A stretch of DNA of 64,000 nt from NCBI GenBank assembly GCA_051294375.1, contig CM119268.1:107437-171436 (forward strand), written 5' to 3'. The notes under the pieces were generated by a model. That model worked only from the letters and a program-made list of their open reading frames with translations, had not been told where the DNA came from and made no database searches. The DNA is from Paraspadella gotoi (lineage: Eukaryota > Animalia > Chaetognatha). Both the position numbers and the translations under genes were made by a program. Numbering within the stretch: the stretch's first letter is position 1; every line of letters begins with the position of its first letter. Shown here one piece after another: positions 1 to 13,831 of the stretch.

Positions 1-940
1 ATAGTTTTAGGATTTCCTGAAGGCGTCGCTAGCAGTCACTTAGATTTGAAGTTTTTTCCCTTCTTACAAATGAGCAACCAATTATATGTAAGTTATGAGC
101 ATTTTTAAGGAACAGACCGACTGAGAGAGAGACCGACAAACCGACCGTTCGACCGACCGATAGACCGACCGAAAAAGTTACTTATAGAGTAGCTTCGCGT
201 GTACTCGTGGCGCAAATAAAGAGTTGACAATGAAAAAGTTTTAAATGACAGAAAAACGTTTGTGATAAAGATGATTTTTAATGACATGACATGACATGAC
301 AATTACGTGGGGCAAAATAACAAATGAATAATGACGTCTCAATGTGACGAGGATGACTAAGACAACCACGACGATGAGAAAGGTGACGAAAACGACGAAG
401 ACAAAGATGACAACAAAAACGACGATGACAACAACAACAACGACCACGACGATGACAACAACAACAACGCCCACGACGATGACAAAGTTATCGGAGACGC
501 CAAAATCCCCGGCCGAGGAGGCGTGGCAAGCTTCGACTCCTTACAATGCGAGGAATGAATTCTATTGAAGCAGAACCGTTAAAAACGACGACGATTATGA
601 CGACGACGACGACGACGAAGAAAGAGGCTTCGTTGTTATTCGAGGGAGAGAAAGACGGACAAATGGACAGAGGGAGAGAATGACAAAAGGGGCGAAAGGC
701 AAAGAGACGGACGGATCCACTGATTTTGTTGGATTTCAGAATTTGTGGTTAGAACTAAGAAGGGAGGCAGATGAGAGAGAGAGAGAGAGANNNNNNNNNN
801 NNNNNNNNNNNNNNNCAGAAAGAGAGTGAGAGAGAGGAGGAGGAGAGAGAAGATAGACGACAAGATCATGTGCTGACATGAAGCGTACGGATCGGATTTC
901 AACGACGGGAGGAGCCGGGTAGGACTAGATAGGAGAGCTG

Positions 941-976
<36 letters not shown>

Positions 977-1007
977 AGAGAGAGAAAGAACAGAGAGGAA
1001 GAAGAGA

Positions 1008-1053
<46 letters not shown>

Positions 1054-1094
1054 GAGAGAGTGAGAGAGAGAGAGAGAGAAGAAAGGAAAACAAG

Positions 1095-1126
<32 letters not shown>

Positions 1127-1690
1127 AGAAAGAAAGAGAGAGAGATAGAAAGAGGGAAAAAAAAAAAAAGAGAGAGAAGAGAGAGAGAGAAGAGAGAGAG
1201 GTAAAAAAAAGTTAAATTAAAAAGAAAAATTAGAAAATAGAAAAAATGGTTGAATGAGTAAAAGTAAAAAGCTTCATTTAAAAAAGTTTGATGAATATTT
1301 ATATTATAAATTCTTAGCAGACGATGATAGCAACGATGATAATAACGACGACGAAGAGGACGACGATGACGACGACGATTACGACGACGACGACTACGAC
1401 GACGATTATGAAGACGACGACGATTAAGACGACGACGACGATGACAACGACGACGACGATTACGACGACGACGAATACGACGACGAATGACGACGACGAT
1501 GATCGATGATTGACGGACGACGACGACGATTACGGCGACCAAGACGGATGATGATGAGATGACGACGACAACGACGACCGACGATTATGACGACGATTAC
1601 GACGACGATGACGATGATGGACGACGACGACGACGATTACGGCGACCAAGACGATGATGATGACCGATGTACCGACGACAATTACGAATG
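1..1690. repeat. Copy of the 18453-20335 block (HINE end, GAC tract, GA tract, GAC tract)
   Basis: Direct alignment by eye. Confidence 0.9.
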
Positions 1691-1859
1691 ACCTAGTAAC
1701 TGATAGTAGTCTGTAGCAAATAAAAGTGTATGTGGATGTAAAAGGCAGTTAATCAATCCGAAAATTTATCTGATCAAGACATCCATTGGCGTGAACACTG
1801 GAACCCAGGCTAAAACGCGATTCATCTATAGCACCTGAGCCAGGACAACACACAGACTT

Positions 1860-2062
1860 CTAAACTTTAAAAAAGAGATGCGAATAAAAACGTTTTAAAA
1901 ATACCACCGGCAGACGACATTCCAAACAAGGAATTAAAAAACTTTTTAAAAAACAAAAGAGAAAAACGCCTTTTCCAGGATGATGTGTCGTTTAAAAAGA
2001 TAGAAAAAACGTTTATTAAATACACCGGCAGAACGACATTTCCAATTGATTTATTTAATAAA

Positions 2063-2098
<36 letters not shown>

Positions 2099-2178
2099 TA
2101 AAAAAAACGTTATATTAAAAACACTAAAGTATAAACTTCCTTTTCCAATATATAAAAAGAAGAAATTTAAAAAACAGT

Positions 2179-2216
<38 letters not shown>

Positions 2217-4330
2217 GGGCCAGGCAAACGATTTTCCCAATGTTGTTTTTAAAAAGAGATAAAATAATTTTTTTAAAAAAACAACCCGAATAAACGACTT
2301 TCTAATGGTAAAAAGTTTGATAATTAAAACCGTTTAAAAATCAAAATACACCGGGCAGTACGACCATTTCCAAACAGATAAAAACTTTAAAAAACAAAGA
2401 AAAGAAAGAAAAACGCCTTTTTTCCAAGTTAAAAAGATAAAAAAAAACGTTAAATACACCGCGCATCAGAACGACATTTCCAATGCTAAAAATATATAAA
2501 AATGTTTTATACTTTAAAAAACACTAGCAAAAACTTCTTTTCCAATATAAAAAGAAATAAAAACTTTTAAAAAAAAACCGGCCCCCAAACGATTTTTTTC
2601 CAATGGTAAAAAAGATTTTAAAAAAAATCTGATAAAAAAAAAAAAAAAATAATATATAAAAAATAATAAACGACTCTTTTCAATGTCCTAAAAAAGATAA
2701 TAACGTTTTAAAAACCACCAGCGCAAACGACTTTTCCAAAAGAAATTAAAAAACCTTTTTAAAAAACAAAGAAAAACCTTTTTGCAATTTTTTGTATAAA
2801 AAAAAAGAGATCTTCTTACAAACGTACGAAAAAAAACACCGCGGTGTGCGAAAACGATTATTAAAAAAAAAAAAAGAAATTTATAAAAACATTAAAAACT
2901 TTCTTTCAAATAACATCATCGAGGTTCGTTTTAAAATTGGTGATGACAGTTACAGTTATGTGCATCTCACCAGTGTGGTCTCTCTCAGTGACTGTGATTG
3001 CTCGTTCTCCTTCTACGTAATCGATCAGAGAGATGCGACGAGTCAGGTTATTTAAACGATATATATTATTCATCCATGTAATTACGCTCCTTTTATTTCA
3101 CAAAACAAACTCACAAAACTTTCCTCTCTCTTTATTAGTATTATTGTCTCCTTCTCTACTCTCTTTTACTTCTTGGTAACAATTTTATGGGCTATGTCAA
3201 CTCACTCTCAATAGATATACCGAAAACGAGTTAAATACAACGGAACCAGGCCGAACACAGAGGACAGTATTCGTTTTCCAATGTAAAAAGAGATTAAAAC
3301 ACCGAAAACGAATGGTCAAAAATTAGTCTAAAAGAAAACTCTAGGAGGCATTCACCTACTTACACCCAAAACTCAAGAGAGAAACACTTCTTACACAGAC
3401 TATTATATATCTAATTGTGAATCGTATTAATTAAATCATTGGTTACATAGTATCCGTAAAAAAAAACCTGTGAGACCTTAAATATTCATCCCCAGGTCAT
3501 GACTAACAATCTTCCAAAGGATAGCGCAATATATAAATACACTTCTACCAAACATCATACAAAATCGCCTTTCCAACTTTATATAAGAGCTAAAATATGA
3601 GTCAACATCAAAAAACATACTGTTGAAACCTCACACACCGGCAGACGAACACTTATCCCAATCATGATCACACACACCACGTGACGTTAGTATTGGAGAA
3701 AAACTAGAATCGTATCAAAAACACGGACTAATTTCAGGAAAACTTCGTTTATCCAAATATAATAAAAGAAGAAAATAAAACTTTTAAAAAAAACCGGCAA
3801 ACGATTAATCCAATGTAAAAAGAAGATAAAAAAAAAGCGCGATAAACGACTTTCTAATGTAAAAAGACGATAATAACGTTAAAAACACCAGCAAACGACC
3901 TTTCCAAAGCAGATAAAAAACTTAAAAAACAAAGCAAAACGCTTTTCCAATGTAAAAGAGATAAGAGCGTTAAAAAACTTTGGCAAACGACTTTTCAATA
4001 AAAAAAATAAATAAAACCGTTGAAAAAAACCTATGTAAAAAAAAGCTGGAAAAACGTTAAAAAACCATTTTCAAAAACGACTTTTCCAATGTGCAAAAGA
4101 GATGAAAACGTAAAAACACCCGAGACGTCTTTTCCATTGGTAAAAAAAGGGATAAAAAGGAGAAAACACCCAAAAAACAAACTTCCTTCAAATAAGGGAG
4201 ATAAAAACTTTAAAAAACAAAAAAAAACGTAGAAACACCGCGAAAATGAATAATTTCAAGAAAAAAGAAATAAAAAGCGCTTTTCAAAACTCCTGCAAAT
4301 AACATCATCGACGCGTTGTTAAAATTGCGG
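1860..4330 (+). repeat. Degenerate A-rich minisatellite (about 40-45 bp; AAACACCGGCAAACGACTTTTCCAATGTAAAAAGAGAT), noisy
   Basis: Recurring AAACGAC..TTCCAA core; block CAAATAACATCATCGA at about 2907 and 4296 suggests two larger copies. Confidence 0.7.
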
Positions 4331-5509
4331 TTGAGAACAGTTATTAAATTGTTTTATTTACGTTTTATCCAAAACAAACAAAATTTCTCGCTTTTATGTT
4401 TATGTCTCTTCTCTCTCTCTTTTCTCTTTTTAATTTTATGTAGCTTTCTCTCACTCTCAAAATAGATATAGATATAGCAGATTGCAAAAAATACAGAGCG
4501 CACGATAAAAGCGACTGTCTCTGCTTTCCTCTATAAAAAAGATATGAAACTTTCTAGATATAAATACAACATGAAAACGTAATACTTTTTGTCCAAATGC
4601 AAAGAAATAAAATACGCGACGTTAAAAACAACGAAGAAACAGAAACTATTTCCAATATAAAAAGTATAGATCTGAAACAACATCGATTTCTGAAGAAAAA
4701 CAGAAGTGTATGAAAGACGCATATATAGAAGATACAACCGGAGAGAGCCAAGACTAGACATATCAGTTATTCCCAATAATGTGAGACAATAATAAACACT
4801 CCAAAACGTGTTAAACGATTAAATACTTCAATTTGATGACAGATCACCACGTGATAAATCCGATTCCGCTGACATTATCACCAGGAGAGCACGGTGAAGT
4901 GGCGGTGAGACGAAAGATCACGGCGCCTCGACGTCCACAACAGAAAAAAAATGAGAAAGAAATAAGGAGGACGAGAAGAGGAGTAAGTGTTTTTGAAAAA
5001 AGAGAAGCTGAAAGAAAAAATTTGCCAATTAAAAGAATTCATGATGTAAGGAAGCATCAACAAAATACAGAAATAAAGAGAAATGTGGGAAAAAACCTTT
5101 CGTTTTTTAATTGAATGAAATGGATAGTTTTGCATGTGATACCAACTTTACATTCTGATATGCAAAATAAACGTTAAAAACCGGAAAAACTGAAAATATT
5201 ACCATTTTTAACGCTTCCCTATTAGTTATAAACATTTTTTCGCTAGGCCGTAGTTTTTAAAAAAGAAGAAAAAGCTCCCACCGTACTTTTCTTTTAGTGT
5301 TCTAACGAGTGTTCTGTGTTGTTTGCTTTCTTTCGTTGTCTGCCCTCTAAATTCTCTCTCTCATCTTTCAAATTCTCTCTCTCTCTCTCTCTCTCTCAAT
5401 ACGTCTTCCCCTATCCACAAAAATCATTTTAGAGCCACCTCTCGCCGGCTCAAGTCGCTTTAGCCATCCCCGCCTTAGACGAAACCTTATTCATAATGGC
5501 GTTTTTGAG

Positions 5510-6263
5510 AAAGTTAAATTAAAAAGAAAAATTAGAAAATAGAAAAAATGGTTGAATGAGTAAAAAGTAAAAAGCTTCATTTAAAAAAAGTTTGATGAAT
5601 ATTTATATGATAAATTCTTAGCAGACGATGATAGCAACGATGATAATAACGACGACGAAGAGGACGACGATGACGACGACGATTACGACGACTAACGGAC
5701 GTACGACGATGACGAAAGACGACGACGATTATGAAGACGAGGACGAACGACGACGATGACAACGACGACGACGATTACGACGCGACGAATACGACGACGA
5801 TGACGATGATGACGACGACGACGACGATTACGGCGACCAAGACGATGATGATTAGATACGTGACGACGACAACGACGACGACGATTATGACGACGATTAC
5901 GACGACGATGACGGATGATGACGACGACGACGACGATTACGGCGACCAAGACGATGATGATGACGATGACGACGACAATAACGAAGACGACGATGATTAT
6001 GATGACGATGACGATGACAACGACGATTACGGCGACCAAGACAATGACGAATACGACGACGATGACGAGAGCGACGACGACGGATTTACGACGACGATGA
6101 CGATGATGACGACGACGATTACGACGACGATGACAAAGACGACGACGACCCCTTTTTTGTAAATTAGCGTCACAAGAAAAGATAATTTTTCATCTCAAAT
6201 TTATTTCTCTTTTTCTTGATTGAAGACGCGATCCTGTTTGACGTATGACTTCCTAGCATCTTT
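5510..6263. repeat. Partial copy of the same block (GAC/GAT tract and right flank), ends at 25-N gap
   Basis: Matches 19516-20335. Confidence 0.88.
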
Positions 6264-6288
6264 NNNNNNNNNNNNNNNNNNNNNNNNN

Positions 6289-7882
6289 TCTAAAAATATG
6301 GGAAGGCTGGGGCTTTTTAGTGCGGGGGTTAAATATGGGGATTAAGCACAAAAATACTGTTTTTTTAGATACTAAAATTCGTGTCACACCGTGTCCAGAT
6401 GCTCTAAGGGATGTGTGACACGGTGTGACACGGATTGAGAATCTTAAAATATGGGGAAGGCTGGGGCTTTTTAGTGCGGGGGTTAAATATGGGGATTAAG
6501 CACAAAAAATACTGTTTTAGATACTAAATTCGTGTCCACCGTGTCACAGATGCTCTAAGGGATGTGTGACACGGTGTGACACGGATTGAGAATCTAAAAT
6601 ATGGGAAGGCGGGCTTTTTTAGTGCGGGGGTTAAATATGGGATAAGCACAAAAATATGTTTTTAGATCTAAATTCGTGTCACACCGTGTCACAGATGCTC
6701 TAAGGGATGTGTGACACGGTGTGACACGGATGAGAATCTAAAAATATGGGGAAGGCTGGGGCTTTTTTAGTGCGGGGTTAAATTATTGGGGATTAAGCAC
6801 AAAAATACTGTTTTTGATACTAAATTCGTGTCACACCGTGTCACAGATGCTCTAAGGGTGTGTGACACGGTGTGACACGGATTGAGATCTAAAAATATGG
6901 GGAAGGCTGGGCTTTTTAGTGCGGGTTAAATATGGATTAAGCACAAAAATACTGTTTTTAATACTAAATTCGTGTCACACCGTGTCACAGATGCTCTAAG
7001 GATGTGTGACACGGTTGTGACACGGATTGAGAATCTAAAAATATGGGGAAGGCTGGGGCTTTTTTAGTGCGGGGGTTAATATGGGGATTAAGCACAAAAA
7101 TCTGTTTTTAGATACTAAATTCGTGTCCACCGTGTCACAGATGCTCTAAGGATGTGTGACACGGTGTGACACGGATTGAGAATCTAAAATATGGGGAAGG
7201 CTGGCTTTTTAGTGCGGGGGTTAAATATTGGGATTAAGCAGAAAAATACTGTTTTTAGATACTAAGATTGTGTCAACCGTGTCACAGATGCTCTAAAGGG
7301 ATGTTGACACGGTGTGACACGGATTGAGAACTAAAATATGGGAAGGCTGGGGCTTTTTAGTGCGGGGTTAAATATGGGGATTAAGCACAAAAAATACTGT
7401 TTTAGATACTAAAATTCGTGTCACACCGTGTCACAGATGCTCTAAGGGATGTGTGACACGGTGTGGACACGATTGAGAATCTAAAATATGGGGAAGGACT
7501 GGGCTTTTTAGGCGGGGGTTAAATATGGGGATAAGCACAAAATACGTTTTTAGATACTAAATTCGTGTCACACCGTGTTACAGATGCTCTAAGGGATGTG
7601 TGACACGTGTGACACGGATTGGAATCTAAAATATGGGAAGGCTGGGCTTTTTAGTGCGGGGGTTAAATATGGGATTAAGCACAAAAATACTGTTTTTAGA
7701 TACTAAATTCGTGTCACACCGTGTCACAGATGCTCTAAGGGATGTGTGACACGGTGTGAGACGGTTGAGAATCTAAAAATTATGGGAAGGCTGGGGCTTT
7801 TTTAGTGCGGGGGTTAATATGGGATTAAGCACAAAATACTTTTGTATCATGAATGGGCGTCACAAACTGTCACACATCCCTT
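6289..7882. repeat. About 148-bp tandem array (about 10.5 copies), each with a 19-bp inverted repeat; possibly tandemized MITE
   Basis: Unit contains CGTGTCACACCGTGTCACA-gatgctctaagggatg-TGTGACACGGTGTGACACG; array closes with GTCACACATCCCTT, the inverse of AAGGGATGTGTGAC. Confidence 0.93.
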
Positions 7883-8286
7883 CGAGAAACTCATTGATCA
7901 GTGGGAGCTGCTGTAGGGAAGGAAACGCTGGGTTTTTTAGTTTTTTTAGGGAAAATCTACATCAATGAGGTCGGTCAGAAGTTTGATTGAGAAACTTTCC
8001 AGTGAAACTTCATCTTTCTGAGAAAATTTTTATGGATAAAGATTTTCTAAAATGGCTCGCAGCAATATAATTAATTTTTTAATGTTTATTTATAGATAAA
8101 AAATTTATTTTAAATTTTGAATATTTATAAAAGAAAGAATCAGTTGCTTTTAAAAAGTTGGCTGTACAAAGTAATTTTTTTTTCTATATTTTAATTATAA
8201 GTGGGTCAAATTTGTGAAAACCTTAAAAAAAACATCCCCATTGTAACACTTAGCATTAATCTAGCAAAAATATAAAATCAAGTAGA

Positions 8287-8821
8287 ATCAAAAATTGAGT
8301 AGGATCATGAACATTGATAAATAAAAAAAATGTAGTTTATCATTTTTGCATACGCCCATTTATGCATAGTAACTATACATATGTATACAGTATACATAGT
8401 ACTATTAGTACTTACCTAGAAAATGTTAAAATTTTAAAATAGATTTTTCTTTTTTTGAACGCAGATTCAATTACTCACGAAAAGTTAATAGAAAGAAATA
8501 TAACTCTTTTTTAGAAAATTATTCATTAAGTAGGTCAAAATCTAAAAAACTTTATATTTAACCTATAATTAATTTTAATTTAATTTAACTTAATGAAAAA
8601 TTTTTGATTAAGACTTATATTTTCCTTTATCAACTTTTTATGGGAATTCGAATCTGCTTTCAAAACTAAAAAAAACTATTTTAAAATTTTTAAACATTTT
8701 TTATGGTAAGTACTATATTATAAATAAGGGCGTATACAAAATTGAGAAATTAAAACAAAAAAAAGTTATATCATTGTTTGTTAGTACAAGATTGTTCATG
8801 AACAACTATTCAAATTTTGAT
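8287..8821. mobile_element. About 535-bp imperfect foldback/MITE-like palindrome
   Basis: Symmetric pairs: ATCAAAAATTGA/TCAAATTTTGAT, ATACGCCC/GGGCGTAT, AGTACTTACC/GGTAAGTACT, GCAGATTC/GAATCTGC. Confidence 0.75.
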
Positions 8822-8845
8822 CTGACACGTTTCACTACGCCTTAT

Positions 8846-9273
8846 GAGGCATTTATCAGAATGAGTAACTTTTCCCCAATTGTAGTAACATCAAAAGAGA
8901 TAACAACTTTTCCCATTTATGAGCATTTATCAAGAAGGAGACCAACTTTTCCCTGGATGTAACATTTATCAAGAAGGAGAACCCTTTTGCTAAATGTAGC
9001 ATTCATCATGAGGAGAATGCTTTCCCCAGATGTAGCATTAATCAGGAGACAACTTTCCCCAGATTCAGCAGATGTAGCATTATCAAGAAGGAAACAACTT
9101 TTTCCAGATGTAGCATTTATCACAGAAGGAAACAATTGTTCCCCAGATTAGCATTTTCAAAAATAAGTTAACTTTTCTCCAGATTGAGAATTTTTTAACA
9201 AGGAGACAACTTTTCCCCAGATTGAGCATTTATCAAGAAGGAGACAACTTTTCCCCAGATGTAGCATTTATCA
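8846..9273 (+). repeat. About 38-bp minisatellite (AGATGTAGCATTTATCAAGAAGGAGACAACTTTTCCCC), array 1
   Basis: Tandem diverged units. Confidence 0.88.
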
Positions 9274-10718
9274 GTACCCGTGAGCCAAATCCGATGATAC
9301 AAAAAAATAATTACACATAAACTACTCCAATAAGAAAATTTATAACACCAATTAAAGAAAAATAATTTTAAAAAGTTAAAAAACATTGTTAAAACACTTT
9401 AAACATTCTCAAATGCTAACAAAACCATACAAAAAAACTCAAAAAATTATTCTTCTTGGAGCAAAAAACTTTTATCCAAATGCAGCTCTAATTTTTACCA
9501 TTACAAAAGTTGATGCTCATAACAACTTTGTTTCTGCTTACAAAACCTTTCTAGTTCAAATCACAAAAACCAAAAAAAATAAGATTTTACAGGTGGAAAC
9601 TGAGGATAGCTAAGAATATCCCATCTTCTCGAACTGATTTTTCTTGAAAAATTAAGGTAAAAAACTTTTATGGCAGCGGATGCTGTGATTCACTGGTCAT
9701 CTCTCGAGCTTAAACTACCATTTTTTAAATTGTCTTGCATAAGCACTCTATCTTAGTTTTTCAATATAGGACAAGCTAATTATAGGCAGTGAATAGTAGG
9801 CCGGAAACAGGTTAAAAACTAAAAGTTCTTCAAATAAATAATTGTTAAGTGACTGTTAGAAAATAGGAAATGAAAATAATTTTTAAATTTAAAGATTATT
9901 TATTACTATATAAAGTTTAAAATTTTTTTGATTTTCTTTTTTTTCAATAGATTCTGATAGAGCTTTAAAAGTTAGATAAAGGTTATTTAATAAAATTTTT
10001 AAAATGTTTGTTTATTAATAAAATTTAAAAAAAATTCAGCTAATGATGATGATGATGGATGATTTTTTTAAGGTTTTTATATTTTTAACCAATTTATTGT
10101 CAAAATTTTAAAAATTGTAGTACTAACCTTCATTTAACTTTTCAAGCTCTATAGAATCCATTCTTAGAAATAAAATTTTATAAAATTTGGTTATTTGTTA
10201 TATATTAATAAATATTTAAAAGCTTCATGCAACAACCCAATGAACTATTCAATAAAGATACATTGAAAATCGATTTAGTAATAGAAGCGAAAAAAAATTT
10301 TGAGAGACTGAAGTATAAAAAGTGTTCAATTTTGGCTCGCCTTGTCTTGGAAATTGCTTAGTCAGCCAGCTAGAATATTTGAATAAAGGCTGGAGCATCA
10401 TTCTACAGGAACCAAAAGGTTTATGGACTTAATAGTGGGCAAAAAACAGCAATATATAATGTAACACTGCCTTAAAAATTTAATCAAAATTGTTCTATGC
10501 ACTCGATTTTTTAACAAATTCGATTCGCTGACAATTTGGCGATTTTACCATCTTTGTGAGAAAACAGATTTGAAGTGTTAATGATAATTGATTAAAATAA
10601 ATTATACATACAAATGTCAGTAGTTATTATCATTTAAAAAAAAATGAGTAAGTCCTATCTCAACTAAGTAAGTATGGCAAAAAAGTGGTTTTCTTTCGTT
10701 TCATTGGATTTGCTCACA

Positions 10719-10826
10719 GGTAGGAGATAATTTTTCCCCAGATTGAGCATTTATCAGAAGGATACAAAAGTTTCCGAACGAGCATTTATCAAGAAGGAGA
10801 GAACTATTCCCCAGCATTGAGCATTA
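10719..10826 (+). repeat. 38-bp minisatellite, short array 2
   Basis: About 3 units: CCCCAGATTGAGCATTTATCA...GAAGGAG. Confidence 0.8.
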
Positions 10827-13165
10827 AGGTGAATCGTTTAAGGAGTTAAGGTTTACCTCTCGGTTATTTCGTTCTAGTCATGACTAGAATGAAAATATGA
10901 AACTAACTTTTTATACTATTACACACATTAGGCATTTTTCACTATATGCAAATTATAATATGCAAATGAGATTAAGATACATATTTAATTGGATTTTTTT
11001 TTCTTCTCTCTTTATGTTCCTTTCTATCCCAAATGTTAAATTGCAAATGAAATGTCTTTTCAATTAAATAATTAAAAAATTATTATTATTTCATAGATTG
11101 TGAAAGTATTTTTTTTGCTTCACAATCAAGCATTAAAATACTTACAAAGACATGAAAAAGAGATAGTTAAATTGTGAGAGAGTGAGAAGATTTAAAGAGT
11201 AAAAAATAGTGCCCTGGGCTTCCTTGATACAAAACGCTCAGCTTTTGTTGTATTTGCGCTATAGTCTATAGTCTGAAAGAGACAAGATTATGCTTCTAAT
11301 TAAAAAAACCCAAGTTGATGAATGGGTGATAAGTTCAATATCGGTCATCACTATGTATCATTTTATTTTAATTTATAATTAAACTGTAAGAAGCCTGTTA
11401 TAATTATTCCTTATATGTCCTATCATTCACCAGATGTTTTTAAAATATAGAATGAAGAGAGTTTATGCCTGATACAAAATCAATTTTACTGGACTCCTAG
11501 TGAATCTATGTCATGAGTGAGAGAGAGAGAAGAACGATTGTAACACGGGTATTTTTGGTTTCTCATTTGCAGTTGAATGAAATGAAAATCAAAACAAGAT
11601 ATTTCCATTCATTGTTTTTGGCAAATTTAATGATAGGTCTTTCCTTTTCCAAATATAGCGATTGGTTTTGTCGAGTTTTTAAGTTTTTGTTTTCCCACAT
11701 CAATAAAGAGTTGGTATGTGGGACAGAATCTGATTTGGGGAAGCAAAATTAAAACTATGAAAGTTGTGGTGCTGGCAATTGTGGGCTAAACTCCAGTTTA
11801 CACTTATTATATTATAATAAGCTCATTCATAGACATTTATCAAAATTAGAAATTTGAAAACTTGAGTCTTTCACCAATATTTTCATTTTATCTTCAACGA
11901 TCTGTAGAATTTCGTTGATGAGCTACTTGGTAGATGAGGTTAAATCCAGCGATTATACCCATTTTCCTGTGAGAAACATTTATGACGATTGCGACTTATT
12001 CTTTCGCTAGTGGAGATGGCATCCAACATCTCCCGTTTCTGACATGGGATTCATAATATATGTTTTTGTATTGATAAAGAAACTTTAGGAGTAGTATCAC
12101 CGCGAAAAAAAAACTAAAACTGGATCCAAAAACAAGCAGACGTTTCTGATTGAATCTAAAAACAGGACTGAAAAGTATTCTCGTTTCCCTCCTAAAATCG
12201 ACTTATAAAATATGGTGAAAATATTGACTGGACAGAAAAAAAAAATTTGAGGGAATCCGGGTGAGAGAGAGACGAAGCATAGCATTTTCTCATTTTTTAA
12301 AGATTGCTTCTTCAACAGAGAAAGAGAGAGAGAAAGAGAAGAGAGAGAGAAAAAGAATTATAATTTGTTTAAATAAATCAAATCAAATAAGAGTCTGCAC
12401 ATTTACTAAAATTAAATTTTTATGGGTTTGATTTTTAAATTTGATTGTTACTAACAAAAACTTTGCCTTCCCGCATCAACAGATGATTTGAAAGATGGAA
12501 AGAAAAAGCAAGATATGGAGAGGATATATATAAAAAAGAGAGTAAGAGAAAGAAATGGATATTGAGCTCACGGGGGAGGTAGAAAGGCCAAATTAGGGAA
12601 TTGGTCATTTCACTTGGGGGAAAAAAAATTAAGTCTTAAACGAGGGTTAGGAAAGTGGGCAGTTTATGATACAAAAAGGAGAAGAAAAGACAAGGAGTGA
12701 GATTAAGCGAAAAAAGAATAGAGAGAGATATGCACGTTAAGTAAGAGAGAGAGAAAGAGAGAGAAAGAGCAAAATATTAAGAGAAGAAATTCAAGTATTA
12801 TTTGCCCGTTGATGAGTTTGGCTTTCTTTTGCTTTGTTTCAGTCACTTTCTTACTTTTTAACTGTGTTTACTCTGGTTGATATTGTTTAAAAATCTTTGT
12901 CAATTGTTTTGTGCGAAAATATTCATTCCAAATAAACTTTTTAGCCTAAAAAAATCTTTAAAATACAAAGATTTCAAGGTCACGTGACCGATATTGACCA
13001 ATCACAAGCTCGCGATTTTGCTAATTTTTTATGAATTGAAAAAAAATGCGTGTGATCCCGAATATTTAATAATCAATTGCTGTTGTGAAATGAAAGAGAA
13101 GTACAAAGGGCAAACAAAAATCGGAGGTAAAAGATTTTGGAAAGAATTATACGACAGAGATCTGC

Positions 13166-13745
13166 CTATTGAGCATTTATCATGAAGGATACAACTTTTC
13201 CCAGATTGAGCATTTCTCAAGAAGGAGACAACTTTTCCAAAGGTAGCAATATCAAGAAGACAAATTTTACCCTTATTGAGCATTTCTCAAGAAGGAGACA
13301 ACTTTTTCCCAAATGTAGCAATATCAAAAAGAAGACAACTTTCCCCTTATTGAGCATTTTTTATGAAACGAGACAACTTTTCCCTGGATATAACATTTAT
13401 CAAGAAGGAAAATACTTTTCCCAAGATGTAGCATTTATCAAGGAGACAACTTTTCCCTAGATTGAGCAGATGTAGCATTTATCAAGAAGGAGACAACTTT
13501 TCCCTAGATGTAGCATTTATCAAGGAGACAACTTTTTCCCAGATTAAGCATTTATCAAGAAGGAAAAAACTTTTCTCCAGAGTGAGAATTTTTAACAAGG
13601 AGATAACTTTTCCCCAGATTGAGCATTTAGCAAGAAGGAGACAACTTTTCACGATTTAGTATTTCTCAAGAACCAGACAACCTTTCCTCAAATTGAGAAT
13701 TTTCAAGAAAGAGACAACTTTTTCCCAGATTGAGCATTTTTCAAA
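13166..13745 (+). repeat. 38-bp minisatellite, array 3
   Basis: About 15 diverged units, same orientation as arrays 1 and 2. Confidence 0.9.
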
Positions 13746-13831
13746 AAAGGTTTAAGGTGAAAGTGTCAGGGTTAACATTAGGGATAAGGCTTAGAGTTAA
13801 GATAGGTAAGGATTTGATATTGCCTTTACAA

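Noticed and set aside
5430-5478. Weak tRNA-like 5' segment on the minus strand (also B-box-like words at about 16425, 26827 and 28590)
   Set aside because: Too short or degenerate to support a tRNA or SINE call.
6289-7882. CRISPR-like array (palindromic repeats at regular spacing)
   Set aside because: Intervening sequences are identical rather than unique spacers; eukaryotic context; no cas genes.
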